Below, one piece after another: positions 1-12,200 of a stretch of DNA of 64,000 bases. The DNA comes from the human T2T-CHM13v2.0 reference genome, Homo sapiens. The stretch lies in assembly GCF_009914755.1 (NCBI RefSeq), contig NC_060930.1. The stretch is one strand, 5' to 3'. Numbering within the stretch: position 1 is the stretch's first letter; every line of letters begins with the position of its first letter. Position numbers and translations under genes: made by a program. The notes below the pieces were generated by a model. That model worked only from the letters and a program-made list of their open reading frames with translations. It had not been told where the DNA came from and made no database searches.

Positions 1-469
1 TATTGCATTTATTTTTATTGTTCTTTGCAGCTATTATGTTTTTCACAAATTGAAGGTTTGTAGCATCTTTGCCTCCAAGAAGTCTATCAGCACTCTTTTT
101 CTAACAGCATGCACTTACTTTGCATCTCTGTGTCATACTTTGGTAATTCCTGCAATATTTCAAACTTTTTCATTATTATTATATCTCTTATGGTGATCCA
201 TGATCAGTAATCTTTTATGTTATTATGTAATTGTTTGAGAGGTCCACAAACCATGCCCATATAAGACAGTGAACTTTATTTTAAAAATGTGTGTGTTCTG
301 CCTGCTGCACCAATTGACTGTTCCCCCTTCTTTGTCCCTCTCTTCTGGTCACCTTATTCCCTGAGACACAAAAATATTGATATTAAACCAGTTACTAACC
401 CCACAATTGTCCCTAAATATTCATGTGAAAGGAATAATTACACGTCTCACTTCAAATCAAAAACTTGAA

Positions 470-2214
470 ATAAATGATTAGGTTTAGTGAGGAAAGCATG
501 TCAAAAGAAGAAATAGGCTGAAAACTAGGCTTCTTGCTCCAATTTTTTAGTCAAGTTGTGAATGCAAAGGAAAAATTTTTGAAGAAAATTTAAAGTTCTC
601 CACTGAGCACACAAATGATAAGAAAGCAAAACAGACATTGCTGATATAAAAAAAGAAGTTTTAGTGGACTCCATAGAAGATACAAACAGCCAAACATTTC
701 CTTAAGCCACAAACCTTAATTTGGAGAAAGGTCCTAACTTTCTTTAATTCTATGAATGTTGAATGAGGAAGCTGCAGAAGAAAAGCTGAAGCTAGCAGAA
801 TTGGCTCATGAGGTTTAAGGAAAGAATCCCTCTTTATAACATAAAAGTGCAAGGTGAAGCACCAAGTGCTGATGTGGAAGCTGCAGCAAGTTATCCAGAA
901 GATCTAGCCAACATCACTAATGAAGGTGGTAACACTAAACATATTGTCAATGTAGACAACACAGCCTTCTATTGGAAGAAGATGTCATCTAGGACTTTAA
1001 GAGCTAGAGAGAATTCAATGCCTGGCTTCAAAACTTCAAAGGACAGGCTGACTGTTTTCTTAGGGGCTAACTGAGCTGGTGAGTTTAAATTAGAGCTTAT
1101 GCTCGTTTATCATTCTGAACATCCCAAGGTTTTTAAGAATTATGCTAAATCTACTCTGCCTGTGCTCTACAAATGGAAACACAAAACTTGGATGGTAGCA
1201 CATCTGTTTACAGCATGGCTGACTGAATATTTTAAGGCCACTGTTGAGACCTACTGCTTGGGAAGAAAATATCCCTTTCAAAAAATTACCATTTAATAAT
1301 AATGCACCTGGTCAACTAAGAACTCTGATGGAGATACACAAGGAGATTAATGATGTTTTCATGCCTGCTGACACAATATTCATTCTGCAGCCCATACATC
1401 AGGCATAATTTTAATTTTCAAGTCTCATTATTTAAGACAAGCTTGTCCAATCCATGGCCTGTGGGCCACATGCAGCACAGGACAGCTTTGAATGCAGCCC
1501 AACACAAATCTGTAAACTTTCTTAAAACATTATGAGATTTTTGTTTATTTTTTTTAGCTCATCAGCTATCATTAGTATTAGTATTTTATGTGTGACCTAA
1601 GAAAATTCTTCTTCTTCCAATGTTTCCCAGGGAAGTCAAAAGATTGGACAACATTGATTTAAGAAATACATTTTGTAAGGCTCTAGCTACCATAGATAGT
1701 GATTCCCCTGATGGATCTGGGCAAAGTAAACTGAAAGCCTTCTGGAAAGGATTTACCATTCTAGATGTCATTAAAAACATTTGTGATTTACAAAAGGTTG
1801 TCAAGATACCAACATTAACAGGAGTTTAGAAGAAATTAATTTCAACCCTCAAGGATGACTTTGAGGGGTTTAGGACTTCAGTGGAGGAAATCACTGCAGA
1901 TGTGATGGAAATAGCAAGAGAACTAAAACTGGAAATGGAGCCTGAAGATGTGACTGAATTGCTATAATCTTGTGATCAAACTTGAACAAATGAAGAGTTA
2001 CTTCTTATGGATGAGCAAAGTAAGTGTTCCTGAGATGGAATCTACTCCTTGTGAAGATGCTGTGAACATTATTGTAATGACAACAAACAATTTAGACTAT
2101 TACATAAACTTAGTCGATAAAGCAATGGCAGGGTTTGAGATAACTGACTCCACTTTTGAAAGAAGTTCTAAAGTGGGTAAAATGTTATCAAACACCATTA
2201 TATGCTACAGGTAA
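470..2214 (+). pseudogene. Decayed pogo/Tigger1 DDE transposase frame (TIGD1-like), with multiple stops and frameshifts
   Basis: ORF fragments [67 protein letters not shown] and [17 protein letters not shown] are Tigger transposase motifs spread over different frames. Confidence 0.85.
1438..1656 (-). mobile_element. MER30 (hAT-Charlie MITE) nested in Tigger1
   Basis: caagcttgtccaa...aaagattggaca termini; perfect 8-bp TSD ATTTAAGA at 1430-1437 and 1657-1664. Confidence 0.92.
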
Positions 2215-3104
2215 ATCTACCATGTAAGGAAGAGAGAGCCATTTTGGGGTACTTGGTGATGACTCCAAACTTTCTCTTTTCCTTCCTCTCATTTTCTTTC
2301 TTCGATCTGTTTTGTTTTCTCTCCTCTTTATCATGCTATAGACGTGTTCATGTATACATATGTATAGATGTGTTCACGTGTACATATGTAAATGTTTGCA
2401 TCATTTACAAGCCTAAAAACAACACCTAATGTCATGTAGATCACACATCTAAATGATTGACAAAAGTCTCACTTTACATTAAAAATGTTTTAAAGTACTA
2501 TAGATACAAATAATGTTCAGAAAAGAGACCTCAATGGACTGTAACATAGCTCAGAGTGCAGCAAAACAAACTTTACTCATTAAAGGAGACCACCAAAGGA
2601 GAGAGTCCATTTCTGCTGGAAATTTACTATGAACCAATACAGGTAAAATTTCTGCCTTGAGGACCCATGAGTTACACTTATTCTACTGCTTCTCAGTCTC
2701 TAATCTGGAGGAAATAAATTCAAAATTAACCACTCTGCAAGTGCTTTGCAATTATCATCTTCTTTGCATGTGTTTCCCGTAAGTGTTCTAGCAAAGCAGA
2801 GTTGCTACTGCAATAGTAGAGATTCACATTAGGTGTTTTTTGAAACATGCTGAATATTGGCTCTAGATGCCTTTTCCAAATGAATTTGTGTTGTTACAGG
2901 AAGATTTTTTTTTTGTATAAAATGTTGTAAACTCTTCCAAGGCATGCCAGACCTTGAACTCTAGGGAAATGTGGTCTGGAAGTTTGAGAAGGCACATTAC
3001 TTCCTCAACTTTACTTTTTGTTCCAGATGGAAGTACTTAAATGAAGTCATAGCCTTGTGTGCATGGAGCAGAGGCCAAGAAAAAGAAATACAAACAGCTG
3101 TTCT

Positions 3105-3192
3105 CATATATGTATGTCTTGATACACATATATATGTATATGTGTGTATATATACACACACACACACATATATATACACATATACATGCACG
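3105..3192. repeat. (TA)n/(CA)n compound microsatellite
   Basis: Visible alternating purine-pyrimidine tract. Confidence 0.85.
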
Positions 3193-3339
3193 TATGAATT
3201 TCTCCCCAAGTAAGTAGTGAACTAGTTTCATTAATACTTAAAAATTTGTTTCTTATATAATTATCATGGTTTTCAAAGCACTCATACACACAGATATAAA
3301 CATACATATATGATCATCCTAGATATTTTATAAAGTAAC

Positions 3340-3482
3340 TAAGACATATTAATTATTATCCCCATTTTGTAAATACAATATAACAAAGAAAACAATTTGC
3401 TTAGGATCACAATTGACTGGTGACAGAGTTAGAATTGAAATCCAAAATTCTAGGTTCTTATTTCAGTGCTCTGAGCTCTGTA
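3340..3482 (-). mobile_element. MIR fragment
   Basis: attattatccccattttg...ttgcttaggatcaca...gacagagttagaattgaaatcca resembles the MIR core. Confidence 0.65.
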
Positions 3483-3811
3483 CTTTAGAAGAATTTGCTG
3501 CTCCAAGAGGGAATATAGTTCTTCTTTAATATGATGGCATGTTGATTGCCAAAGGATGGCATATAAAACAAGAAGCTTTCTACATAGATCACTTTTACCT
3601 ATCCTTTGGAAGTAAAGATAATTATCAATGTCCAGCCCAGTTTGGTGAATTGCTCTATCTGGGAATTCGATTTTCCAACAGGGCTTCTCAAAGGAGGTTG
3701 TTAACAAAATAACTAAATCAATTGTCCAGGCCTTCCTTTGACATAAAGGCAAACCAGAAATTTGAATTTCTTGTTTTATCATGAGAAATATGGAATGTGT
3801 GAAAATAAATG

Positions 3812-3873
3812 GCAGAATCATAAGCCAAATAAATCTCCTTTATAAATAAATTACCCAGCCTCAGATATTCCTT
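3812..3873 (+). mobile_element. 62-bp isolated MST LTR 3'-end fragment
   Basis: gcagaatcataagccaaataaa...aaattacccagcctcagatattcctt matches the MaLR MST U5 end. Confidence 0.8.
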
Positions 3874-4525
3874 AAATCTTGCTATCTTCTTTCAGGCCAT
3901 ATTCTGTGAGACATGGGTCCCATTGCCAAGTGGATACCCCAAATCCTTTGGGAGTAATAACACTGGTTTCACTTTAAATCTGAATCGCAGAAAATCATCC
4001 TTCAAGGGTAAAAATCGGCAACATATTATTGATTTAGACTTACCCATTATTATCTTTCTTTTACGATCTTTAAGGAAATCTATTTATAAGATGTCATTGA
4101 AATAGTAAATATTGCTGTATTTAATTCTTAAGTGATAATACTGTTGGTTGCTTCTTTTATCTGTTATCAATATAGTGAGTTATTTCCACTACATTGTTAG
4201 GATGAAAAAATGATAATGTAAACATCCATAAAGTTTGAGTATTCCAAGCCTGGTAGCTTCAACTGATTCAAACTATTGGCAGAAGAGAGACAAATACCAA
4301 GTTTGGCCTGTGATGTGGACAAATGAACTAAAAAAATCCATATTAATTTATTCCTCCCACCATGTAATTTTTCTTTACCCTTATCACAGGTATTCAGCAT
4401 GTTTCATTTTTCTTCCTCCACTTTCTCTCTAAAGTGTGCCCTTCACCCACAATCCATAATGAAAAGACTGGTGCATCCCGGGTTATCTTTTGCCTGAATT
4501 ATCTCATCTTTCTCACTGAACTCAT

Positions 4526-4670
4526 TTCTTCTTCTTCCTCCTCCTCCTCCTCCTCTTCTTCTTCTTCTTCTTCTTCTTCTTCTTCTTCTTCTTCTTCTTC
4601 TTCTTCTCTTCTTCTTCTTCTTCTTCTTCTTCTTCTTCTTCCTCTTCCTCTTCCTCTTCTTCTTCTTCCT
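4526..4670. repeat. (TTC)n/(TCC)n trinucleotide repeat (GAA on minus strand)
   Basis: About 145 bp of pure pyrimidine. Confidence 0.97.
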
Positions 4671-4814
4671 GTCTAATCAATCAAAATTGCTACAACAAAA
4701 TAACAATTTCTGTTCAAAAACTGTATTTTAACCATCATCTCTCAGGAGGAATAGAAGCATTTCAAAAGAAGAGCTATAGAAAAATTAATAAATTATTTAA
4801 TTGAAAGAAGTGTA

Positions 4815-5235
4815 TGTATTAGCCAACTTTGCATTGCTATGAAGGAATACCTGAGGCTGGGTCATTTATTTTAGAAAGAGGTTCATTTGGCTTATGATTC
4901 TGCAGGCCATATAAGAAACATGGCACCAACATATGCTTTAGTGAGGGCCTCAGGAATCTTTCTATCATAGTGAAAGGTGAAGGCGAAACATGCATGTCAC
5001 ATGGCAAAAGAGAGAGCAAGAGAGAGAAGAAAGGCACCAGACTCTTTTTAACAATCAGATCCTCAGAACTAGTAGAACAAGAACTCGCTCATTACCATGG
5101 GGTGGGGAAGGCACCAAGGTATTCATAAGGGATCTGCCCCCATGCCCTAAACACCTTCCATTAGACTCCACCTCCAACACCGAGGATCACATTTCAACAT
5201 GAGATTTGGAGGGGACAAATATCCAAACTATACCA
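4815..5235 (-). mobile_element. MST (MSTB-like) MaLR solo LTR
   Basis: tgtattag...gaaggaatacctgaggctggg...atccaaactatacca; 5-bp TSD gtgta/gtgca. Confidence 0.92.
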
Positions 5236-6037
5236 GTGCAATTAAATATACTGCGTATATGAAGAATCTTCTCTGCCACTTCTCAGTGCTTTTCTAGTCT
5301 CAGTATTTGCCAGTATAGAATTATGCATCAGCTGAATATATGCATATAAACTAATAGGAAAAAAAGCAAATTTAAACAAATAGCCTGCGATTTAAAGACA
5401 ATTACAATTGAATTTAATTTGTATTTGTTTCTTTTGTGTCAAAATACATGATTACTTCAGAGAATCTGCCAGCTATACCATCTTTTACCCCATCCTATTT
5501 CAGACAGTCTGCATAAGGATTTATTTACTATATATTGATAACACACACATTTATGAATAAATACTAGCCTCCTCCAGAAAAACAAAGTGTTCTTGAGTCC
5601 AGTTAGGGAGGTTTACAGTTTTAGTGAAGGAGAGAAGCTGAGTATTCTACCCAAGGTTGGTGAATGTCTAGTGAAGACTATGAAGTCCTTGGCATTATGA
5701 TCTTTACCACTTTCTGTTATTTATAATGCCCTATTTTTTGCTAAAGTACTTGTGAGAGAAGATAAAGAACATTCAGAGTGATGAGAGGTTATGGTCTTGC
5801 AGATTAGTTACTCAGAAGTCTTTTTCTACTCCTGAAACTAGCTGTCAAGTGATATACATATAAGGTGGCTCAAGAATTTTACTTACTTTGTGAAAAATAT
5901 ATTTTATTAATATTTTTATAAAGTGACAAAGTCTACTGAATGTAAACCATGTTACATTCAGTATAAAGAGCTGGAATCTAGTACTATTGAGTATTTTAAT
6001 ATCATACATTAAGGGTTAAACAACATTTAAACAGTAT

Positions 6038-6495
6038 TGTAGTAGGTTGAATAACACCCACCCAAAGACATCCAGTCCTCATCATCCCTGAAACTTGCAA
6101 ATGTTACCTTATTTTGAAAAATGGTCTTTGGAAATGTAATTAAATTATGGATGTTGAGATGAGAGTAGACTAGATTAACCATGTAAGTCCAAAATGTCAT
6201 CACAAATGCCATGAATTCACAAGGAAAAAGTCAGTGTAAAGATAGAAACAGAGACTAGAGTGATATAGCCACAAACCAAGGAACTCCAAGGATTCCTAGC
6301 AGCTGCTAAAAGCTAGGAGAGAGGCATGGAATGGATTCTTCCCCATAATGTCCAGAAAAAAACAAATAAGAACTCTGCCAACACCTTGATTCTGAACTTC
6401 TAGCCTCCAGAACTATGAGAGAAGAAATTGCTGTTGTTGTTTTAGGCCAACAAGTCTGTGGTAATTTGTTACGGCGGCCCTTGAAAACTAATAGA
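6038..6495 (+). mobile_element. MLT1 (MLT1C-like) solo LTR
   Basis: tgtagtaggttgaataa...ctgccaacaccttgattctgaacttctagcctccagaact...gtggtaatttgttacggc...aaactaata. Confidence 0.88.
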
Positions 6496-6974
6496 GATAT
6501 TTATAGCACATGATATGAATTCTTAAGACAGTCATTCTTCTGATAAATATATGAATTCTTGCAACTAGAATACTATATCTATAGTATTTACTACCCAATA
6601 TTACAAAGAAAATAAACCAAAATGGGAAAATTAAATCCTGAAATCAGGAAATTAGAAACTTCCAGAATACAAAATATGAAGATATGGGAGGAAAAAACAA
6701 ATGTAAAAATGAATTAAGGTATTTTACACATGGCTTTTAATGAAAGTAGAAATTAGTTGTTATGTTATTTTTCTCCAGTCTTCTCTGAGGCTGCCTTTTG
6801 AATCTATTTACCTGATCCACCATGAGAGAAGGTTTAATTTAGTTTTGCTTTTTACAGATGGATAACATGCTTTTATTTAAAGTCAAATTTTTGTAGGCTC
6901 TAGATTGGAAAAATAAATTATACTTGGACTTCATTCAAGTATTGGTATTTTTAGAAGTTAATTCTTGTTCTTAT

Positions 6975-7072
6975 TTAGAAAAAAAAGAGCAGAGAGAAAG
7001 GACAGCAAAGGAAAGAAGGAAGGAAGGAAGGAGGGGAAGGAGGAAGAGGGGAGGAGGGAGGGAGGAAGAAAG
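6975..7072. repeat. (GGAA/GGAG)n purine-rich tract
   Basis: Visible in sequence. Confidence 0.8.
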
Positions 7073-7299
7073 AATAACTATAATGTGTTAATATTCAGGC
7101 TTCAAGAAACTCATTTTCTAATCAGACATCTTCTCTGGGCTAGCCTTAGACAAAATGTGGAATTAGATCAAATTTTTAACTGGTGTTTCTCCTTACTTTT
7201 GTTTCTACCTCACCTACTGAAATAAAATAATGTGTTTTTAAAAACTTATTTGGACCAAAACATTGAAGAATTAATATGTCAAATATGTGTAGTAGAGAC

Positions 7300-7625
7300 T
7301 TCTAGTTTAGCCCAATACCCACTCTCCTCTCAATAACAAAATTCCTAGTTTTTAACTGCAGTCAAAATAAAGGGTATGTTTTCCAGTATCCTTTATAGCT
7401 AGATGTGGCTACATGAGGAAGACGGAAGTGTTCTTAAAGGGGGAAAAATGTATTCCCTTATTTAGTTGCTATTATGAACAAGGATGTTGTAATTGAATTC
7501 TGAGTTGCTATCTTAGACCCAAAATGGAAGCTGCATAAGGCAGAATAAAAAAATGGAAGGAGCCTTGATTTCTGATGCCATGAGGTACCACAACATTCAA
7601 GCCAACCACTTAGCATACCACCTGG
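7300..7625 (+). mobile_element. Old MLT1 (J/K-like) LTR fragment
   Basis: ttccagtatcctttatagctagatgtggctacatga and ggaaggagccttgatttctgatg are typical MLT1J-type motifs. Confidence 0.55.
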
Positions 7626-7684
7626 CCCAAAATAAGTACTCATTAGGTATTTTCTATTTCTATTAATTTTGTAACAGTATTATT

Positions 7685-7895
7685 TGTTAATTGACCACAA
7701 TATACTAGACACATTATGCATATCTTACTTAGTCTTCACAATAATCCAGTAAGTTAGGTACTATCATCTTCACTGTTTATAAAGAAACAAAAATCCCAAA
7801 AGATAAGTTTCCCAAAGTCATGAAGCTAGTAATTGATATATGGGGCTATCCCACCAGTATATCTGATTCCCTACTGAGTCTTCTGTCCACTACAT
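7685..7895 (-). mobile_element. MIR
   Basis: cttcacaataatccagtaagttaggtactatcatc...cccaaagtcatgaagctagtaa. Confidence 0.7.
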
Positions 7896-8759
7896 TTTTC
7901 TGTCTTATCATAACATTATTGGTTTTCTGTTTCCGATTATCCCACAGTTCCTCTAAGGTTTTAATTACTTTTGTGTAGCAAGTATACTGAGTATAAAAGA
8001 AATGTATTCACTCCTTTCTCAGCAGATAAGATATTGATTTTTACAAACAAAAATAAAAATAATAAGTGGAACAAAAAGAAATCTGTAGGGAAACGAATAT
8101 TTTGGATGAGATTTCTGGTATTTCCTGCTACTAGTCATGCAGGAAATGTCTTTTTTATTCTTTTCCCAACCCTTACACTCATGATTTTACCACTTCTATT
8201 TCAGACTAAACACAATGGTTAGCGGCCTTGGGAGGAAAGCAAATGTATGGATTTAAAATGAAGAAAAAAAAAAATGAAAGCTTCCACACTGCACTTAGAA
8301 ATGCAACAACCATCAATACAAAAAGAAAATTTGAAGAAATTTTTCTACCGCCAATAGTTTATCTCTTTTTATTTTCAGTATATGAAACAATTTGACTACC
8401 TTTCTCAGAAATATTTTAACCTTTTAATAAAGACAGTTTATTTACAGATATTTAAACATTCTGAACAAAAATAAAACCGTGACATTTAAAAAGGGAGCAT
8501 GACCTTCCAAACTAATCAGAGGTATAAATACATTAAAATGACAATGTAACTCTCTTATTCCAATGCAATTTTTCCTTTGCAAATTATGGGCTGCATGTAG
8601 AGTATTTAGTAGCTGGCTGAACAAAGAGGTTTGGCCAATGTCAACATTAGAATTATGTCTCAGATTTCCTTATTTGTTCACAATCTATTCAATAATTTGG
8701 CCACAGGAACACATCAAAATTGTGAGTGATGTCCAAAAGAATAGCTACTATGTGATATG

Positions 8760-9235
8760 TTGTATAAATTAGCTTTTGCTGTACAAAAAATACTCCTAAA
8801 CTTTGTGGCATACAACAACAGGCATATATTAGCTCATAGTTTTATAGATCAATGTTTTGGGTTGGGTTTTTCTGGAAAATTCTACTGACCTGGCCTGGGC
8901 TTAACATATCTTGACTGAGGCTCCCCTAGGTGTCTACAGTGAACCGTGGGTTGGTTTGAGCTGACTGACTGTGGGATGAGGTGCCCCAGTATTCCACATG
9001 ATATTTTATCCTCCAGCAGGCTAGCATGGGCTTATCCTGCACTTTCATGGTTCCAAGAGCAGCTAAAAACTTGTACTGCAATCACTTCTCCAGTCTCTGC
9101 TGTGTTAAATTTACTCTTGTTCCATCGGCAAAAGTGAGTCACATGGCCAAGCCCAGAGTCAGTATGAGAGGGACTAGAAAAGTTTAGGGGTAGAGTATGA
9201 AATAATTGGAAGCCAGTATTACAACAATTTAACAC
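8760..9235 (-). mobile_element. Old MLT1 (H/I-like) LTR
   Basis: ttagcttttgctg...ccagcaggctagcatgggctt...aagtgagtcacatggccaagcccagagtca. Confidence 0.7.
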
Positions 9236-9294
9236 AGATGATTATAAAAGTTTTTTTAAAAGGCAAGAATGGTGGACCAAAAGTACAAGGAGAA

Positions 9295-9965
9295 ATCTCA
9301 TAGGGATAAATATATAATGTAGCACTGGCATTCAGAACACCCTTTAGCAGGTAGAGGATCAAGGAGACCTGATTTAACTTCAGTCCCCTGAGAAAGTCTT
9401 AGGAACTTTGGTTGGTAACAAGCTCAATATAAATCGGCAATGTGAACTGACATCCAAAAGAGAGAGAACTAATGTAATCTTAGGTCACCTTATTGAAAGT
9501 AGAGAAGTCAAACCAATGGAACCAATAGTCCTGGGATTTTTCAGGGGTCATACCATACCTGTTCTGGGTACAGTAAATGACAAGGGAAAATGGAACATAA
9601 GGGATGTCCAGAGGAGTGCAACCTGAGTGACAGGAAGCTGGAAATACATTGCACACAAATTCTTTAAAGGCCACGAGGACGTTCACTCTGCAAAAGAGAA
9701 GATTTAAGATTTGAAGATAGTATCATAATAGCACACTTCAAATACTTCAAAAGCATTGTAAAAAAGTAGGATTAGATGTGCTCCCTATGGCTTTGGAAGG
9801 AGAAGGGAACAATTAAGTAGAAGCTACAAGAAGACAAATTTAGAGATAATGATAGGGGGAAAAAACTCACAATTATTAGAAGTGTCCATAAATGGAGTGG
9901 TTATTGCCAGGGAGTGGGCTTTCTTTCACCAGAAGTGTGCAAGCAGAGAAGATGACTACAACCAG
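9295..9965 (+). mobile_element. L3/CR1 LINE 3' RT-region fragment
   Basis: aagctcaatataaatcggcaatgtga...aatgtaatcttagg and gtccagaggagtgcaacc are CR1 RT tail motifs. Confidence 0.7.
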
Positions 9966-9979
9966 TGAGAAACTAGGCA

Positions 9980-10128
9980 ACAGTGGCTCTCAAACCTGGC
10001 TGCAACTCAGAATCTACAGCTTTGGAAAATACAGACAACATGGCAACCTCTGGAACAAAATCTGCACAATTGTACTTTAAACTTCCTTATAGGAGATTAT
10101 GACACATGACCAGGTTTTGGAACCATTG
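9980..10128. mobile_element. MER5-type hAT-Charlie MITE fragment
   Basis: cagtggctctcaaacctggctgc...aggttttggaaccattg TIR-like ends. Confidence 0.6.
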
Positions 10129-10132
10129 TTTC

Positions 10133-10414
10133 AACAGGTCAGCAAACTGTGGCTTGCCACTGGTGTTGTGTAGCCCCAGAGCTAAGAAAGGCTTTTACCT
10201 TAATACTTAGTGACACTTAAAAAATCATATGAAAATCAAATGTTGGTTTTCAGAAATAAAGTCTTTTCAGAACACAGCTATGCTTATTCTTTATGTATTG
10301 CCTACAGCTTGCTACCACAGTGGAGCTGAATAATTGTCACTGAGACCATGTGGCCCACAACCCTAAAATATGTGTTATCTGGCCCCTTAGAGAATAGAAT
10401 CTGCCAACTCTTGC
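10133..10414 (+). mobile_element. MER58B (hAT-Charlie)
   Basis: ggtcagcaaactgtggc...gagctaagaa...gaacacagctatgcttattc...gagaccatgtggccc...tgccaactcttg. Confidence 0.82.
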
Positions 10415-10824
10415 TCTAAGATTTTGCTGTGAAAAGTGTCTCCGGCCCTACCCAGCATCCACTGAATGAGAAACTATATATTAAATGAACTCCAGGTGAT
10501 CAGTGTATGCACATTAGAATCTGAGAAGCTCTACTCCTGGTGTTGATCAATTCTAATTTATATAATTTTTATAAATTTAAACTTCGTGTTGTATTGTTTG
10601 CATCAATCGTATAAGAATAAAAATGTGACTAAAACAGGTTGATATTGGATACATTTATTATTCAGTGGAAATAATGGGATATTGCTAGTCTGGCACTCTC
10701 CTTTAAGTGCCATATTCAAAGCATTTTTAAATGACCCTGGAAATCCACCGGTGAAACAGAATTGTATAGTCATTTCAGTCACATGGAGAAAATTAGTATT
10801 ACAAAAATTGGAGCAGTCTTCTCA

Positions 10825-12200
10825 GTACCCAGATCTTAGTTTTTGATAACATTCTCTAATAAAAGGAACCAGAGCTTCTTGGAGAAATGGCTACTTCTAG
10901 GACTGGAGCAGGTAATATACAAGATGAAATAAAAACAGAAACAAACAATAGGGACATAGATATGCCAAAGGGGCATGGGGGAGGGGGGCAACTGAAAGAG
11001 CTTTGGATGCTCAAAGCTGGAACAATTTAAGCAACAAAATAAAAAATGTAGTACTCAATTTTAACCCAAAGTATAAAATAAATAATCAGGAATTCATACT
11101 GAAATAAATCAATAACTAAACAAATAAATAAGTACGAGAGAAGAGACAAATCTGTGCAGAAAAATTCCAAATAAAATGTAGGTACTCTGTCCTCAAGGAG
11201 GTGGAGCAGAACTCCCTATTCCTTACGTGTGGGCTGTACATAGTCACCTCTTAGAAAAGAGTACAGTGTGGAAGTACTTCTTCCAACAATTACAGTATGG
11301 ACTAACTTTGCAGTACAGAAACCTGACAAACATTGCCTGAGCCAAGTGATCAAGGGTAAAGTCAACCATGATAAGTCATGAGGATAACATGTACCCTTGA
11401 TATGATGTGGTGAAAGTTGCACTTTATCTCTGTAGTCGTCTTCCCCAGACCCATAACCCTGTCCAAGAAAAAAAGAAAAAAAAATCAGATCCCAACTGGG
11501 AGAGAGTCTACAAAATACCCAACCAATATTCCTCAAAACTGTCAAGACCATCAAAAATAATAAAAGTCTAGGAACTGTCATAGTCTAAAGCAGCAATCCC
11601 CAACCTTTTTGGCACCAGGGACTGGTTTCTCAGTTTTGTGGAAGGCAATTTTTCCACAAGTGCTGGGGGATGGTTTGGGAGTGAAACTGTTCCACCTCTG
11701 ATCATCAGGCATTCGTTAGAGTCTCTTAAAGAGCATGCAATCTAGATTCCTCACATGTGTAGTTTCCAACAGTTTGCCCTCTTATAAGAATCTAATGCTG
11801 CTGCTGATCTGACAGGAGGCAGAGCTCAGGAGGTAATGCTTACTTGTCCACAGCTCACCTCCTGCTGTGCAACCCAGTACCTAACAGGCCACAGATTGCT
11901 ACCAGTCTGCAGCCTGGAGGTTGGGGACCCCTGGTCTAGAGGAGCTAAGCTGACATGACAACTAAATGCAACATGGTATTCTGCATAAAATCCTGGAACA
12001 GAAAAAGGGTGTTAGATAACAATAAAGGAATCTGAATAAAGTATAGATTTTAGTTAATAGTAAGGTTCACTAATTGTAACAAATGTACCATACTAGTAGA
12101 AGATGCTAATAATAAGGGAAACTGAGTACAAGATATATGGGAACACTGTACTCTCCATAATTTTTCTGTCAATCCAAATTAGTCCACAATTTCTTTAAAT
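10825..12200 (+). mobile_element. L1MC-type 3' UTR, interrupted by MER1B
   Basis: aataaaaggaaccagagcttcttggagaaatggct...gacatgacaactaaatgcaa...gaataaagtatagattttagttaata. Confidence 0.85.
11591..11933 (+). mobile_element. MER1B (hAT-Charlie) nested in L1MC
   Basis: cagcaatccccaacctttttggcaccagggactgg...ggttggggacccctg; 8-bp TSD gtctaaag/gtctagag. Confidence 0.92.

Larger units (their letters stand above)
1..2236 (+). mobile_element. Tigger1 (TcMar-Tigger) DNA transposon, near full-length, 3'-truncated, interrupted by MER30
   Basis: Sequence follows the remembered Tigger1 consensus (cacaaattgaaggtttg...gaagctagcagaattggctcatgaggtttaaggaaaga...gaaagaagttcta). The 3' terminal inverted repeat is missing. 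Confidence 0.95.

Noticed and set aside
808-2214. Tigger-like ORFs as a domesticated TIGD gene
   Set aside because: The frame is broken by many stops and frameshifts, a MER30 insertion and a 3' truncation.
3450-3821. 123-aa minus-strand ORF
   Set aside because: No recognisable domain, and it begins inside the LTR fragment. Consistent with chance.
4434-4676. Poly-Ser/poly-Leu ORF
   Set aside because: Translation of the (TTC)n repeat.
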